The notes: a model not told the origin generated them from the letters alone. Numbered from the stretch's first letter, positions 25,480-36,835 are shown. The stretch: 64,000 nucleotides of DNA from Trichosphaerium sp. ATCC 40318 (GCA_038496445.1 JALMLS010000299.1:62001-126000); one strand, 5' to 3'. Program-made: numbers and translations.

Positions 25480-28400
25480 ATTTGTATAATTTATTATTGC
25501 GGTTCAAGATAGGGCTCTCGTTTACAAGGGCTGTAAACTTACGAGCGTGTGTGTGATAGTAGTTATGATTTCGGTTTATACGCATCAAATACTTTGTACT
25601 ATGAGGATTTTGTGTATATCCAGCGATGATGCAGCATATTTTATGCGTTATGTAAAGAAAAGGCGCAAAGTTGTAACAAATAGGTTCCCAAATGGTATAG
25701 TTATCTTTGTTACGCGTAGAGAAACATATATGTGTGTTTGTTACGCGAAGGGAAAAGGAAGAGATTCTTGGATGTTTAAAAGGTTTGTTTAGTTTCATAC
25801 CAAGTATCAACGAGCGTATACTTACTAGAAAGAAGGGAAATTTGTGTGGAGAAAGTTTTCGAAGCGAGTTATAGTCATTTAATTGTTTCAACGCAGATGA
25901 ACAGTAAAAGGTATGTGGTAAAAGAATTACTAAGGAACCAAGTATTTGAGGAGCTTTAAATTTATTTTTTTTTAGAACACAGCAGAACCTTGAATACCAA
26001 TCGAGTTTGAAGACTGTAAGTAATTTATACGTCTTGTTTTGGAGCTGATAATTTGTCCAGTTTTTCTTGAGTGGCCTTGCTGAGGCCGATGTCACATTCA
26101 ACGTCTCCCAGATAGTCATCAAGAGAAGGCTTAGCGGTGATGGATTGCTTACCGGCAGTGGCTCTTGCTCTGGAGCGCGATCTAGACGATCTGGTGGCGA
26201 CTCTACAAATTCTGCCCGATCCGAGTCCAGTATTTGGGTCGATGTTTTCCTTCTCGATGATGTTTTTAATGTCTGACATTTCTTCGTCAGAGTTGGCTGT
26301 GTCAGACCAGGAGATTTCATCATCTCCGGTAACATCAATGTAAGTGGATTTTTTCTTCTCCTTCTTTTCTTTGACGGCATTAGAGGTGTTGTTTGTCGCA
26401 TTGGATGAGTTTTCAATATCAAGAGAGCCACCGTTTTTGAGAATTTCTCTAGTGACAAGTTCACGTGTATCATTGATACTAAATTAATAATGTAAGAATA
26501 CTGTGTAATATTATGTAAGTGAAAGATAAAAAATACTTGCGCTTTAAGGAGTGAGACTACGTTTCTGGATAGGCCTTGGATCATTCCTTTTACATACACA
26601 ATTTCGTTATGCATTGTGAGAAGGGCTGGGTTGTTAGGTTTTACCGTTTTCCCGTTGTTGGTGCATCTACCTTCCTTGTAGTTGAATCCATTCATTGGTT
26701 CCATAGGGAGTCTATCAAGGAGGGTTCTATTGTAATAGATTTCAGGCGAGGTGAGGTAAGTGATTTCGTTTTCGAAGGCGCTTTTGGTAAGCGTAACATA
26801 GACGCATCCGTCTATGGCGTCATCTTTTCGAGGATCCATGGCAGGAGCGAGATCTTTGGTGTCAAGCCTGTCTTTGAAGAGCTTGTGCATGTATTTAAGA
26901 CCGGTGGCAATAGGCAAACCACGAGGCATCTTAGGTACAATCAAGGTGTATTTGTGATGTGGTTTGTATGGCGTTTGGAGAAACATTGTCCAATTATCTT
27001 CGCCGAACATGTTAGTCATTCTGATGGCGTCGTTTCGAGCGTGAGCGTCAACAAAAACTGCACTACCGTATTGGTGAGTTTTGTTCCAAGAGGCTGCCAA
27101 CATTACTGAGTTGTTACGGTTTTTGCGGCGATTGGCTTTACGATTATGGGCACCAACTATGTTTGTGATAGATGGGTCGATGAGTTTGCCTATTTTTATG
27201 TGAGAATATGATATTGTATAATTGAGAATTAACGATGAATGTGTTTTAATGTGAGAGAGAAAACAGATCCAAGAGTGGGTTTTGTTGGTGTCGTGATTCA
27301 TTTTCTTTGAATAAAAAGGAGTGTTTTGGGTTTGTTTTGGGATTGAGAAGAAGAAACAAAGAAGAAATAGATGTGTATGCGTGGTAGTTTTGTTATAGTT
27401 TTTGGTAGTATTGTGAGCGATAACGATACCTCTAGTGATGGAAAGCAGCGTGGCAACTGCGCAATCAGTGGTTTTGGAGTAGAACACATGTGTTTTGGGG
27501 CGTCTTTCAAGGCGAACCGCCAGTTCGCGACAGGTAGAAGCATCTTGGAGGAATACGTAGACCATCGGCATAAAATCAGGACCCATTTTGAACTTGTTGA
27601 TTTCGATCCCCTCAGCAAGATCTTCAACCGATACCGATATACCTCTAGAGGTGACGGTATGATCGTTGACCACCACTATTAGGAGATATCCATCCCGAGT
27701 CTCAAAAGGTTCATCAAGAAAACTAATAAAGTGAGAATTATGTGGGAAGTGTCTAAAAATGAGATTCTTTTGATAATATAATAGTGAGGAATTAAAGTCG
27801 AACTGTTTGCATTCTTGAGAAACATCTGGGAGGAAGGAGGACCCGTTATCATCGTCATCGTATCGATCATCATCTCGACGACGACGTTTGTTAGGGCCTT
27901 TGCCTTTACGGTTGATTCTGGAGCTATCCAGATGAGGGATAGTTAACACTAGGCGTTGTGACATGTTTGATAGTTGTTTAATAATGGTTTTAGGGTGGGA
28001 GAGGATTAGACCTTCAAAGTTTTTTATTTCCTTTTTGATCGATTTGGAAAAAAGTTTTCTTATCTCAGTATTGTGGGTAGGTTGGTTCGCAAAACTTTTT
28101 CTGGTACTTTCTCTTGCGATATGAGACTTGGGTACTTTTGTTATTTCCCCGTATTTTTTAAAGTATTTTTTACTAATGTATTTAAATGTGAATTGGAAGT
28201 CATGTGTAAATTTTTTCGATTTTTTGTCGTTCCCTATTACGGTGGAATTGTTGAGGAGATATTGTGGAGAAATCCTCTTAAATTTGGCGTAAACGCCAAG
28301 TTTTGTTTTAAGTTTTAGTCGTGGAATTAAATTTAGGTCTAACTGTTGTGTTTTACGGCCTATATATGTGATGTGGAAGGAAAGAGGATGGTCTATTGTG

Positions 28401-28600
28401 TTATTTGGCTTTTTAAAGTAGTAGCCATTACTAAATGTTTTCCCGCCAATGTTCTTGAACATCGATAAACTCGGTCCTTGCATTGTCTGTTTGTCACATT
28501 CAGCTTTAGCTGACGTAGATAAAGTGAACTTAAGAATTGCAGCAGTTACTCCCTTCTGGGCAGATAACCTCCCATCGTAATGGGTGTATGTGTTTGTCAT
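25469..28600 (-). CDS. Stop-free long ORF of the unspliced LINE RNA (1043 aa from the first in-frame ATG), overlapping the ORF2 start by 11 nt
   Basis: ORF track 25469..28666 (GTG start); first in-frame ATG at 28600; ends AAA TAT GTT AAG TAG, which contains the ORF2 ATG in the +1 frame. Confidence 0.6.
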   Translation of the reverse strand: MTNTYTHYDGRLSAQKGVTAAILKFTLSTSAKAECDKQTMQGPSLSMFKNIGGKTFSNGYYFKKPNNTIDHPLSFHITYIGRKTQQLDLNLIPRLKLKTKLGVYAKFKRISPQYLLNNSTVIGNDKKSKKFTHDFQFTFKYISKKYFKKYGEITKVPKSHIARESTRKSFANQPTHNTEIRKLFSKSIKKEIKNFEGLILSHPKTIIKQLSNMSQRLVLTIPHLDSSRINRKGKGPNKRRRRDDDRYDDDDNGSSFLPDVSQECKQFDFNSSLLYYQKNLIFRHFPHNSHFISFLDEPFETRDGYLLIVVVNDHTVTSRGISVSVEDLAEGIEINKFKMGPDFMPMVYVFLQDASTCRELAVRLERRPKTHVFYSKTTDCAVATLLSITRGIVIAHNTTKNYNKTTTHTHLFLLCFFFSIPKQTQNTPFYSKKMNHDTNKTHSWICFLSHIKTHSSLILNYTISYSHIKIGKLIDPSITNIVGAHNRKANRRKNRNNSVMLAASWNKTHQYGSAVFVDAHARNDAIRMTNMFGEDNWTMFLQTPYKPHHKYTLIVPKMPRGLPIATGLKYMHKLFKDRLDTKDLAPAMDPRKDDAIDGCVYVTLTKSAFENEITYLTSPEIYYNRTLLDRLPMEPMNGFNYKEGRCTNNGKTVKPNNPALLTMHNEIVYVKGMIQGLSRNVVSLLKAQVFFIFHLHNITQYSYIINLVSMIHVNLSLEKFSKTVALLILKTHPMRQTTPLMPSKKRRRRKNPLTLMLPEMMKSPGLTQPTLTKKCQTLKTSSRRKTSTQILDSDRAEFVESPPDRLDRAPEQEPLPVSNPSPLSLLLMTIWETLNVTSASARPLKKNWTNYQLQNKTYKLLTVFKLDWYSRFCCVLKKNKFKAPQILGSLVILLPHTFYCSSALKQLNDYNSLRKLSPHKFPFFLVSIRSLILGMKLNKPFKHPRISSFSLRVTNTHICFSTRNKDNYTIWEPICYNFAPFLYITHKICCIIAGYTQNPHSTKYLMRINRNHNYYHTHARKFTALVNESPILNRNNKLYKYVK
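26025..27964 (-). CDS. LINE ORF1, spliced form (~520-545 aa), RRM-like domains plus coiled coil and charged tail
   Basis: Removing introns 27429-27190 (GT-AG) and 26540-26479 (GC-AG) gives a continuous protein-like sequence (ITRG-KLIDPS; SLLKA-INDTRELVTRE). RNP-like motifs YGSAVFVDAHARNDAI, YTLIVPKMP, GCVYVTL. AATAAA ~60 nt after the stop. Start codon inferred. Confidence 0.65.
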
Positions 28601-28776
28601 ACTCTGGCAAAGTTTTTTAACTATTGAATACGATAAACCATAAGGTTTATGGAGCGAACGGTACACATTTAGTGTCAGTGTGACGTAGCTAGATCTATCT
28701 TGTTATCGATAGGGGCTATGTAGAAAAGAACAAACAATTTCAGACGAGCTTTCACACTCGAATTTTGCCGTTTTTT

Positions 28777-28784
28777 CTGGTTTG
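28777..28784. repeat. Second copy of the target-site duplication CTGGTTTG
   Basis: Identical to 19324-19331; lies ~180 nt upstream of the element's first long ORF. Confidence 0.7.
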
Positions 28785-28848
28785 CTTCCTCTGATGTTTT
28801 TGTTCCGAAGTCAAAACTAGTCATGTGTCAGTGGAATTTGTTTCAAAA

Positions 28849-31295
28849 ATGTCAAGAGCACCTCGCCTTTTTGATGATGATGACGTAGCTAAAACAGCTG
28901 AAGGGTTGAATGTCAATACTACATTTTCAGAAAAGTACTTTCGCAACAAAATGCAGAAAGAAATATCTGAGAGTACGTCACTACGCGTTTATATAACTCC
29001 TAACAAGCTTTTATAGAAAAAGACCGATTGTTGCATACAATAGAGCGTAATCCCGTTGATTCGGACTCTGGTTCTGAATCAGACTCTGCTGAAGGCGTAG
29101 ACGCTACTTTCTTAGAGCATCTGCCTATTCTTGCGAAAAAACCAGTATCTATCAAAAAAACGATATTTTCAGTACCTCAAAAGCCAAAAAAAAAGGTAAC
29201 AGTTTAATGTAAGACATAATCAAAGTAAATTCTGTAAATTAGGCAGTTGAGGCGCCATACACCGTTAAAGAATTCATCAGAGAGACTGCATTCGACGCAG
29301 ACGAAAAAGTACCAGTAGCAAAGGTTTGACACTTTTTTTGTTTTTGAACGCGACGGAAACGGGTACTAAACGCTTACTAGAAATCTAATCAAGCCACAAT
29401 CGAAGACGAATTAATAGAACTAAAGCACGTCAAATTACAACCGCTTTATTGCCATTTTTATTTTTGTTGTTAAAAAGTCCTTTAGGGAAGGTTTTCAAAC
29501 TGTTATAGATGAACTGGAAGCAGATGAAAGTGACTTTCTTGTTCCTGCAGAAGAAGATGAAGAAAATAGTGATGATGAGCGGGAAGCAGATCAAATGTAT
29601 AAAGATGTTGTCAAGTCAATCTCTAAATCCGTAAGTGTCAAAAAAATCCATCACATTTTTTTTTTCAGTATTAATTGTTTCACGTGTAGGGAAACAAGAA
29701 AAAAGTAAAAGATGTCGAAAGTACGACTCTTTCTCTTATTTATTTATTTGTTTGATCTTGCGTGGGTATTAACAAAAATCAGGTTATTGGTCTGCAGAAG
29801 GAGCAAGCAAACAAGATACATTTTTACGTCAGTACTTTAAAGGTCAAGGGTGGCTTTATGATGATATAAGTATAAAAGAGATTAAAGAAACAGATAAACA
29901 AGGTGATAATAAACCAGCTACAACAGTAGTAGATGATCCTTTCGAATTTAAGCATCCGTACGTTATGTATCTTTTCTTTATCTGTTTCTATGAAATCTTT
30001 CAGCATTAAGTAGTACTTGTGATTAACTTATCAATTAGAAATGCAAAAGATTATGACAGCTACCATGGGCGAACAGGTGGATCTGTTTCGATGAGGAGGT
30101 ACAGCACAACTAAACTCAAAAACATCTTCAAAGAATTTTTTTATTTTTAGTGGCCTTGGCTTAAATTCTCCCGTGTCAAGTGCTCCTTGATACCATTTTA
30201 ATTCAATACTTATTTTTACAATTTAAACTCCCTAAGCTTACGAAATTCAGGACAAAACATAAACGTGCAGAGAAAAGAAAACGACAAAAAGAGAATAAAG
30301 CAAAAAGAAAAAAAGCATTCATAGAACAAAAAAAACAATTAATGAACCTACGTAAAATGCAAATTCTAGATCGCCTGGCTAGAATAAAGCGTGATGCTAA
30401 CCTCGATGATGGTACACATAAACAAACAAACCCACATCTTTAGTACACCAGTAAATACTCACAGTAAATTATAGACGCAGTTAGACAGCTTGATATACAA
30501 GCTGAGTTCAATCCTGACACTCACGACGAACTTATGGAAAAAATATTTGAACAAGGAATGAAAGAAGAAGAACTTGAGTCTGATGGTGAGGATCCTAAAA
30601 AACCAGAGTTTGTTGATGATTATGATGCACTACCGTTACTCTCAAAGACTAATGCTTTGATTAAACGTAAACGTGAAATGGATATTTGTCCTGATTTGGA
30701 AAAAGATCTCCAAGATTATTATAGCTTAGATTTTGAAGATGTTGTACGTAATAACTGCTATACAATTTTACATTATTTCACAAATATATCCTTTGAAAAA
30801 ATTATGTTCAACAAGCACAAGCGGTCGAGAAAAATTTTTGGGCTTTTTTTTCTGAAACTTTCACTTGAGGACGTTGCTTTTTAACCGTTTCGTTGTTGAT
30901 GTGTTGACCATTGATTTCTTTCTTTTTAGATTGGAGATGACCTTTATTGTCGTTTTAAATACAGAGAAGTTGAAGCAAATGATTATGGCATTAATCTGTA
31001 TGAGATGCTAATGAATGATCCTAAAGACTTGAATCAGATTGTTGGTAGAAAAGTTTTAGCTCCTTACAGAGAAGATCAAGGAAGAGTTAGACCAGATATT
31101 ATTCGTAATAAAATGGCAGCAGTAGAGACATTTCAGAGGTTTCCTGATGGGCCTAGCGCAAAAGTAGACAAAGAAAGGCTTATGTCTGAAACAGCGCTTA
31201 AAGGAACAAAAAGAAAGATGGTAGGCGCTGTAGCAAACCGTAAACAGAAGAGAAAACGAAGAAAGAAAAGTAAAGGAACACGTAGTTACCAATAA
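28849..31295 (+). CDS. KRI1: KRI1 homologue (40S ribosome biogenesis)
   Basis: KRKRQKENKAKRKKA...KKQLMNLRKMQILDRL; YYSLDFEDV-IGDDLYCRFKYREVEANDYGI...DLNQIVGRKVLAPYRED. Confidence 0.85.
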
Positions 31296-31576
31296 CTCGG
31301 TTTTCTTTCAAAAAAAGAAAAAAAAACGAAAACCAAAAACTTGGTATGATTTGTACAATGTCGAAATAAAGGGTAAAACACAAAAAAAGCTTGATAATGT
31401 ATTTCGTTTACAAAGAGATTATGATCGGTTTGAGGTACTTGTTGGGACGACCCTTTGCTTGTACAATACCAGTAAGGGTCTTAAAGAGTCTAGTACATAT
31501 GTATTTTATGCGTTTATTATTATTGCCTAGGAGTTTTGAATACCAAAAAAATTACTGTTTGCGAACCAAGTTTCTT

Positions 31577-32955
31577 TTAGTCTACCAATCTCAAAACTTT
31601 CTCAGATAAAATCTTCATTTCTTCAGCTGTTATTCTCTGTCGTACAAAGCTTTCACCTGACCAAGGTTCCAAGGAAGCAAAACACGATGTTTTTGTTGCT
31701 TGAGGAGAATTAAGTACCAAAGTAATAGTACAACCATCAATAGCGTTCACGCTATGTAAAACGGAAGGATGCATATAATAAAGACCACCTTTCGATACTG
31801 TCGCTTGTTCTACTCTTGCTAATGATATTGTACCCAAAGGATTGATATTAAATACATTTGTACCATCCTCAGTAACAGTAGGGGAATAAACGTATTTTTG
31901 AAATGATATAACTTCAGATTCTTGTTCTTCTGGTACACAATGTAAAGGTTCTTCCCATAATTCTTGAGTGATACTACCGTGTACTATATGAGAAACAAAA
32001 TGGTTTCTATGACTATGGACTTCCTCTTGAGCTTCTGTAAATTCTTCAGGTGAAAACACGTGCATTCGAAGTTTCCATGCGGAACGTTTTCCTTTCAATA
32101 GAACTGTCTTATCAAATAAATCGTGATGGTAAGAGTTTCCGACACATTCGTCAAAATGAGGTTGAGATGCCATTAATCTGGATAGTAGTGTCTTGAAATG
32201 AGAGCCAAGGCCATATACTAGCGAATCAACAGAAGTAGCATCAATCACGTGAGGTTGACAAGCAGAACGCTCAATGACTCCTTCAATCAAGTCTCGAATT
32301 TGCTCTATTGAATCGCCTCCTTCACAATTCGTAAAAATATCACCCACGTGTGCTACATAGCGACTTCGTGCTTTCTCATCGCATATTGGGAATAGTTTTT
32401 GCATGTGTGGAATACCTAAAGGGGTTAGAAACACGAATTACAAAGAGGATTTTTGACGACAAGAAAGGAAAAAAAGGTTGTACGTGTTTCCCATGCATTT
32501 TGTTCTCCTTTCTTTATTATCAATTCACAGTCACTGGAAGTTATAGGACGTCCTTTCATTACTCTGCATTCAGCCTTGACTGTTTTACGCAGTTCCAAAA
32601 ATTGTTGCTTAGATTCTCTGTCTGCGTCGCGCATCAGACGAAGAGTTTCGTAAAGTGTATCAAGTTTTGCTTTTTTCTCAGGATTTCGCCTGTCTCCTCG
32701 CATGGAATTTCTTACGGTCTTTATTTCTGCTCTTATGGCCCTCATTCTACTCAATGCTGCTTGTCTTTTCGTTTTCCCGATGCGTCTAAGCTCTTGCGAA
32801 AACACGGGATAAACAATGCGTTTAAACCCTCTCTTCGCAGGTGGGGGTTCCTCATCATCGTTTAAGGGTTGCTCTGTGGTTTTAGACGTATTTGATGTAT
32901 CTACACCTCCATTTAAAGGAACTACTCGCCTATATGGTTGACCGCGTTCTGCCAT
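31577..32955 (-). CDS. Two-exon protein: basic helical N-terminus plus cupin (cysteine-dioxygenase-like) domain
   Basis: GTACAA...TTTAG intron (~32421-32483) joins the two ORFs in frame (WETR-IPHMQK); cupin ligands HSHRNHFVSHIVHG and YYMHPSVLHSV. Confidence 0.72.
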
Positions 32956-33813
32956 GACTGTTTTTAATACTTTCGTTCAATACAAAACAATACCAAATGT
33001 GATTGTTTAGTAAGTTGTTAAAAGTGTTGAAACACGTGCACTGAATGAGAACCCACCGTGAAAATAACTTGGCTGAATTATCACTGTGCTACACTGTTTA
33101 ATCCTTCAGTCTTGGCAAGACTTTAATAATTGTGATGGGTAATTTAGCAATGTTTGTGTAGCACCGTGCGGTTTATTGTCACAACAATAAGCGCTGGAGG
33201 GTACCACGACACACCCACCATTGCGACACTTGTAACATCCTGTAGGACGACGTCACATGCCACTGCATTATGGTGAGCACTGGAAGCGGAAGCTGAATTA
33301 AAAATCTTGTTTGCTTCAATTGGTTGTTGCGTACAAAAAACTTAGTACGCTATTAAATACTCGAAGGAGTTCTATAACATTATTACCACAACAATCGCAA
33401 GCGCCACATGCATGCTATAGTTGCAAGTCCAAAAATATAAGTTTGGTTTCCGCAAAGAACTTCAACTTTTAACTTTGCTTCCGATTAATAAGTGCATCAG
33501 GAAGGGCTACCTAAGTACGCCGTAGCAATGATTTAAGCTGCCGCGTACAACAAGGTATTTTTTAAAATTAGACTGCACGGAATATTGTACACACTTCGCA
33601 CTACGCTGTTCAGCAGTTTTTAAATAACATTGTGTGGCGTACAGGTTTATTTTCTGGAACACCAAATTAGAAAACTAAAATATAAGGTAATTTGTTGAGA
33701 ACCAAAACGCACGACAATTCATGCTGTAGAGCGCTGAATATTGTCGGGGTGCGCTAAAAAACCAAAGTCATATTTCACGAATTTCCAACTTAATCAGCTA
33801 AACAACAAACACT

Positions 33814-36460
33814 ATGCATCAGCTCCACTCTGCATTACTGATCATACTTTGTAGTGCAATTTATACAGCCCTTTGTGGATTTTCACAAGATGTACGGCCG
33901 TATCAAGTAGTTTTGAGCTTACGTATCTATGAGTAGGTTATTCTTAATGAAATAGGCCTTGACAACGGAGAAGGGCCCGAATACGTAGAGCTTAAGAATC
34001 TTAGAGCAAGCGAAAGCACAATTACTGGCTGGACAGTAAAAATAATTAATCATGGCTGTTCTGGAACTATTACGCACCAATACACGTTCCCAGACTCAAC
34101 AGGTACGTTTTGTTTAATTTCACAAAAACACGTCTAATTCCTATGTAGTTGTTCCAGCTGGAGGCCATATCTTATATGTAGACAACGAGAATCCCAACTG
34201 TATCCCATCGGTTGGATGCAATGTAATCACTGCATCGTCAAATATAGTTAATTCTTTGACATCAGAAGACGATGTAGAAATTGTGTTGCTAGACGATACA
34301 GACACTTGCATGGACTACGTGGCAATAGGCGCTACTAATGACAATCAAGGTAAGCACAATATAGTAAACACTTTCTGTGTAACCTTTGTCGCTAGGGGGA
34401 TGCTTGTGGAATACCAACTTATTACAAGCAAGCGACTACGGCATTATCCAAAGAGCTACTAGTATTCCTTCCGCAAATTGCTACGATTGGGTCGCAGCTT
34501 CAACCACAACCCTTTGTATGGATGGAGTAGGGTCACCACTTATGGATTGTAACGGAACAATCAATGTGTGCCCTCCTACTGCACCTCCTACGACCTTACC
34601 TCCAACGACGCTCCCTCCAACAACACTACCTCCAACGACGCTTCCTCCAACAACACTACCTCCAACAACGCTCCCTCCAACAACGCTCCCTCCAACAACA
34701 CTACCTCCAACAACACTACCTCCAACGACGCTTCCTCCAACAACGCTACCTCCAACAACACTACCTCCAACAACACTACCTCCAACTACTGAAGCGCCAA
34801 GTACTGAAGCGCCAAGTACTGAAGCACCATCTACTGAAGCACCAACTACTGAAGCACCAAGTACTGAAGCGCCAAGTACTGAAGCACCATCTACTGAAGC
34901 ACCAACTACTGAAGCGCCAAGTACTGAAGCGCCAAGTACTGAAGCACCATCTACTGAAGCACCAAGTACTGAAGCACCAAGTACTGAAGCACCATCTACT
35001 GAAGCACCAACTACTGAAGCGCCAAGTACTGAAGCACCATCTACTGAAGCACCAACTACTGAAGCGCCAAGTACTGAAGCACCATCTACTGAAGCACCAA
35101 CTACTGAAGCGCCAACTACTGAAGCACCAAGTACTGAAGAACCAAGTACCGAAGCGCCAAGTACTGAAGCGCCAAGTACTGAAGCGCCAAGTACTGAAGC
35201 GCCAAGTACTGAAGCTCCAAGTACTGGAGAACCAACTACTGAAGCACCATCTGACGGAACAAAAGCTCCCACCACTGTTGCACCATCCAGAGTTGAGACG
35301 CCTACTACTAAAGCGCCAACTGCTGCTCCACCAACGTTTCCAATTACTATTTTGACATCAGCGCCTACAACTAGACCTCCAACCACAGAAGCACCTACTG
35401 ATAGAATTGAGCCTACTACTGTAGTACCAACACCATTCGTATTTCCAAAAGTAAGATACTATTCAAAACAAGATTAAAGGCTAACGTGTATCTTAGATAG
35501 AACCACGTCTTGACTGCGTAAGAGATAATCTAGATGGAACATTCACTGCGTTCCTTGGTTGGAATCGCGATGTTCCTCCAGAAACTCTAACAATCCCTGT
35601 TGGAGACAACAACTTCGTTTCTCCTGAACCAGCATCAGGTTTTGGAGATCAACCTACTGAATTTGGTGGTACTACTCAATTCTATCCAGTAGTATCATAC
35701 GCACTGATATTCAGTGGTGAAACAACAACATGGACCCTAGGCGTACGCATTTCTTTTTTAGAATATTCACTTTGTTTTGATGTATAACTTTACTTTAGCT
35801 CGGTGTTGTAAGCTTCAGTGGAGACGAGACTGATCTACGTTGTAAAGACGATGCAATTGGTATTAATTGGGTTATTCCAAGTCCATTCCCTACAAGTGAT
35901 ACCTTGTTGGATCAAGTTATAGCAATAATTGTTAAAAACATTAACTTTGCTGGAACTTCAGCAACATACACTCAAAGCGCTGGAACAACTGCAAGTCAAG
36001 CAACACTACTCGAAATGACAATCACATCTAGTGGTACGTTATTGCAAACACTTTCTTTTTTTTGTGTCTATGTACTCACTCTTTTCTACGCAGAATCTGG
36101 TATCGCTGAAGCTGTAGGAGCGTTCATGAGCGATGAAGCTCGTGTTGAACAAACGAGAGTGGAAATAGCAGCTTTATTTTCTACAACTGTTGACGTACGC
36201 ATTGATATTGTTTTTCCGTTGTTTAGACGCTAACATGTTTTTTTAGACTATTCCAATTGTAGCAAAGCCTACAACCGTTAAGCCTAGTACAGCACGTACA
36301 AATACTGGTTTAACTTCATCTAGCAGTAAAAAGGGATGGACTACTGCACTTTTCGGTACGCTTGCGACTATTGTCTGAAAAAGTGCTTCTTGGGAGCTTT
36401 CAGGTTTACTAATGTTGGATAGGTGCTTTGGTTTTGTTTCTTGCTATCGTAACAATGTAA
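33814..36460 (+). CDS. Cell-surface mucin-like protein: signal peptide, lamin-tail-like domain, Pro/Thr repeats, bacterial-type beta module, hydrophobic C-terminus
   Basis: MHQLHSALLIILCSAI signal; VILNEI...PEYVELKN...ITGWTV (LTD pattern); PPTTL/PSTEA repeats; terminal ALVLFLAIVTM. Confidence 0.8.
34585..35250 (+). repeat. Coding 15-bp tandem repeats: ~14x PPTTL then ~30x P(S/T)TEA
   Basis: cctccaacaacacta and ccaagtactgaagcg units with synonymous variation. Confidence 0.95.
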
Positions 36461-36835
36461 GAGAATGGTTTAAAACGAACATTCCATTTCTACAACAATA
36501 AAAAACTATTTTTATAGTCTGAGTTGTTGTGTACCTGTTTTAACTTATAAATGAATTCCTAAGAGGGTTTTGCGCATATACATCGTTCAAACAGTTAACA
36601 ACAAGCTTAAGAGAGCGCTTGCCAAGCTTCTAGTTCCGCAACACCCGAAAATAGGACTTTAACACATTTATTTTCTGCTTTCATCAAAATGCTTGGCTAC
36701 ATAGTTAATACTAATTCAAACATAACGTACACTACGTCTATTTCAAGAAAAAAAACAAAAAGATATCTTCGGAAAATGTTGTTCACTTTTTATCGAACAA
36801 GTTTGGAGCATTATCAGCGCAGAATTACACAAAAT

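Larger units (their letters stand above)
19331..28776 (-). mobile_element. Full-length non-LTR retrotransposon (LINE, APE-RT-RNase H type) with ORF1, ORF2 and an extra ORF3
   Basis: Intact 1696-aa ORF2; (AATAC)3 tail at 19331-19345; flanking direct repeat CTGGTTT(G) at 19324-19331 and 28777-28784. Confidence 0.9.

Noticed and set aside
28740-28754. 15-nt match between the LINE 5' leader and 41266-41280 (N6AMT1 region)
   Set aside because: A few 15-mer matches are expected by chance in 64 kb; there is no extended similarity.
34585-35250. Tandem repeats as a possible CRISPR-like array
   Set aside because: No unique spacers; in-frame coding repeat in a eukaryotic gene.
34481-35386. 301-aa antisense ORF and alternative-frame ORFs over the mucin repeat
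   Set aside because: Shadows of a 15-bp coding repeat that lacks stops in several frames.
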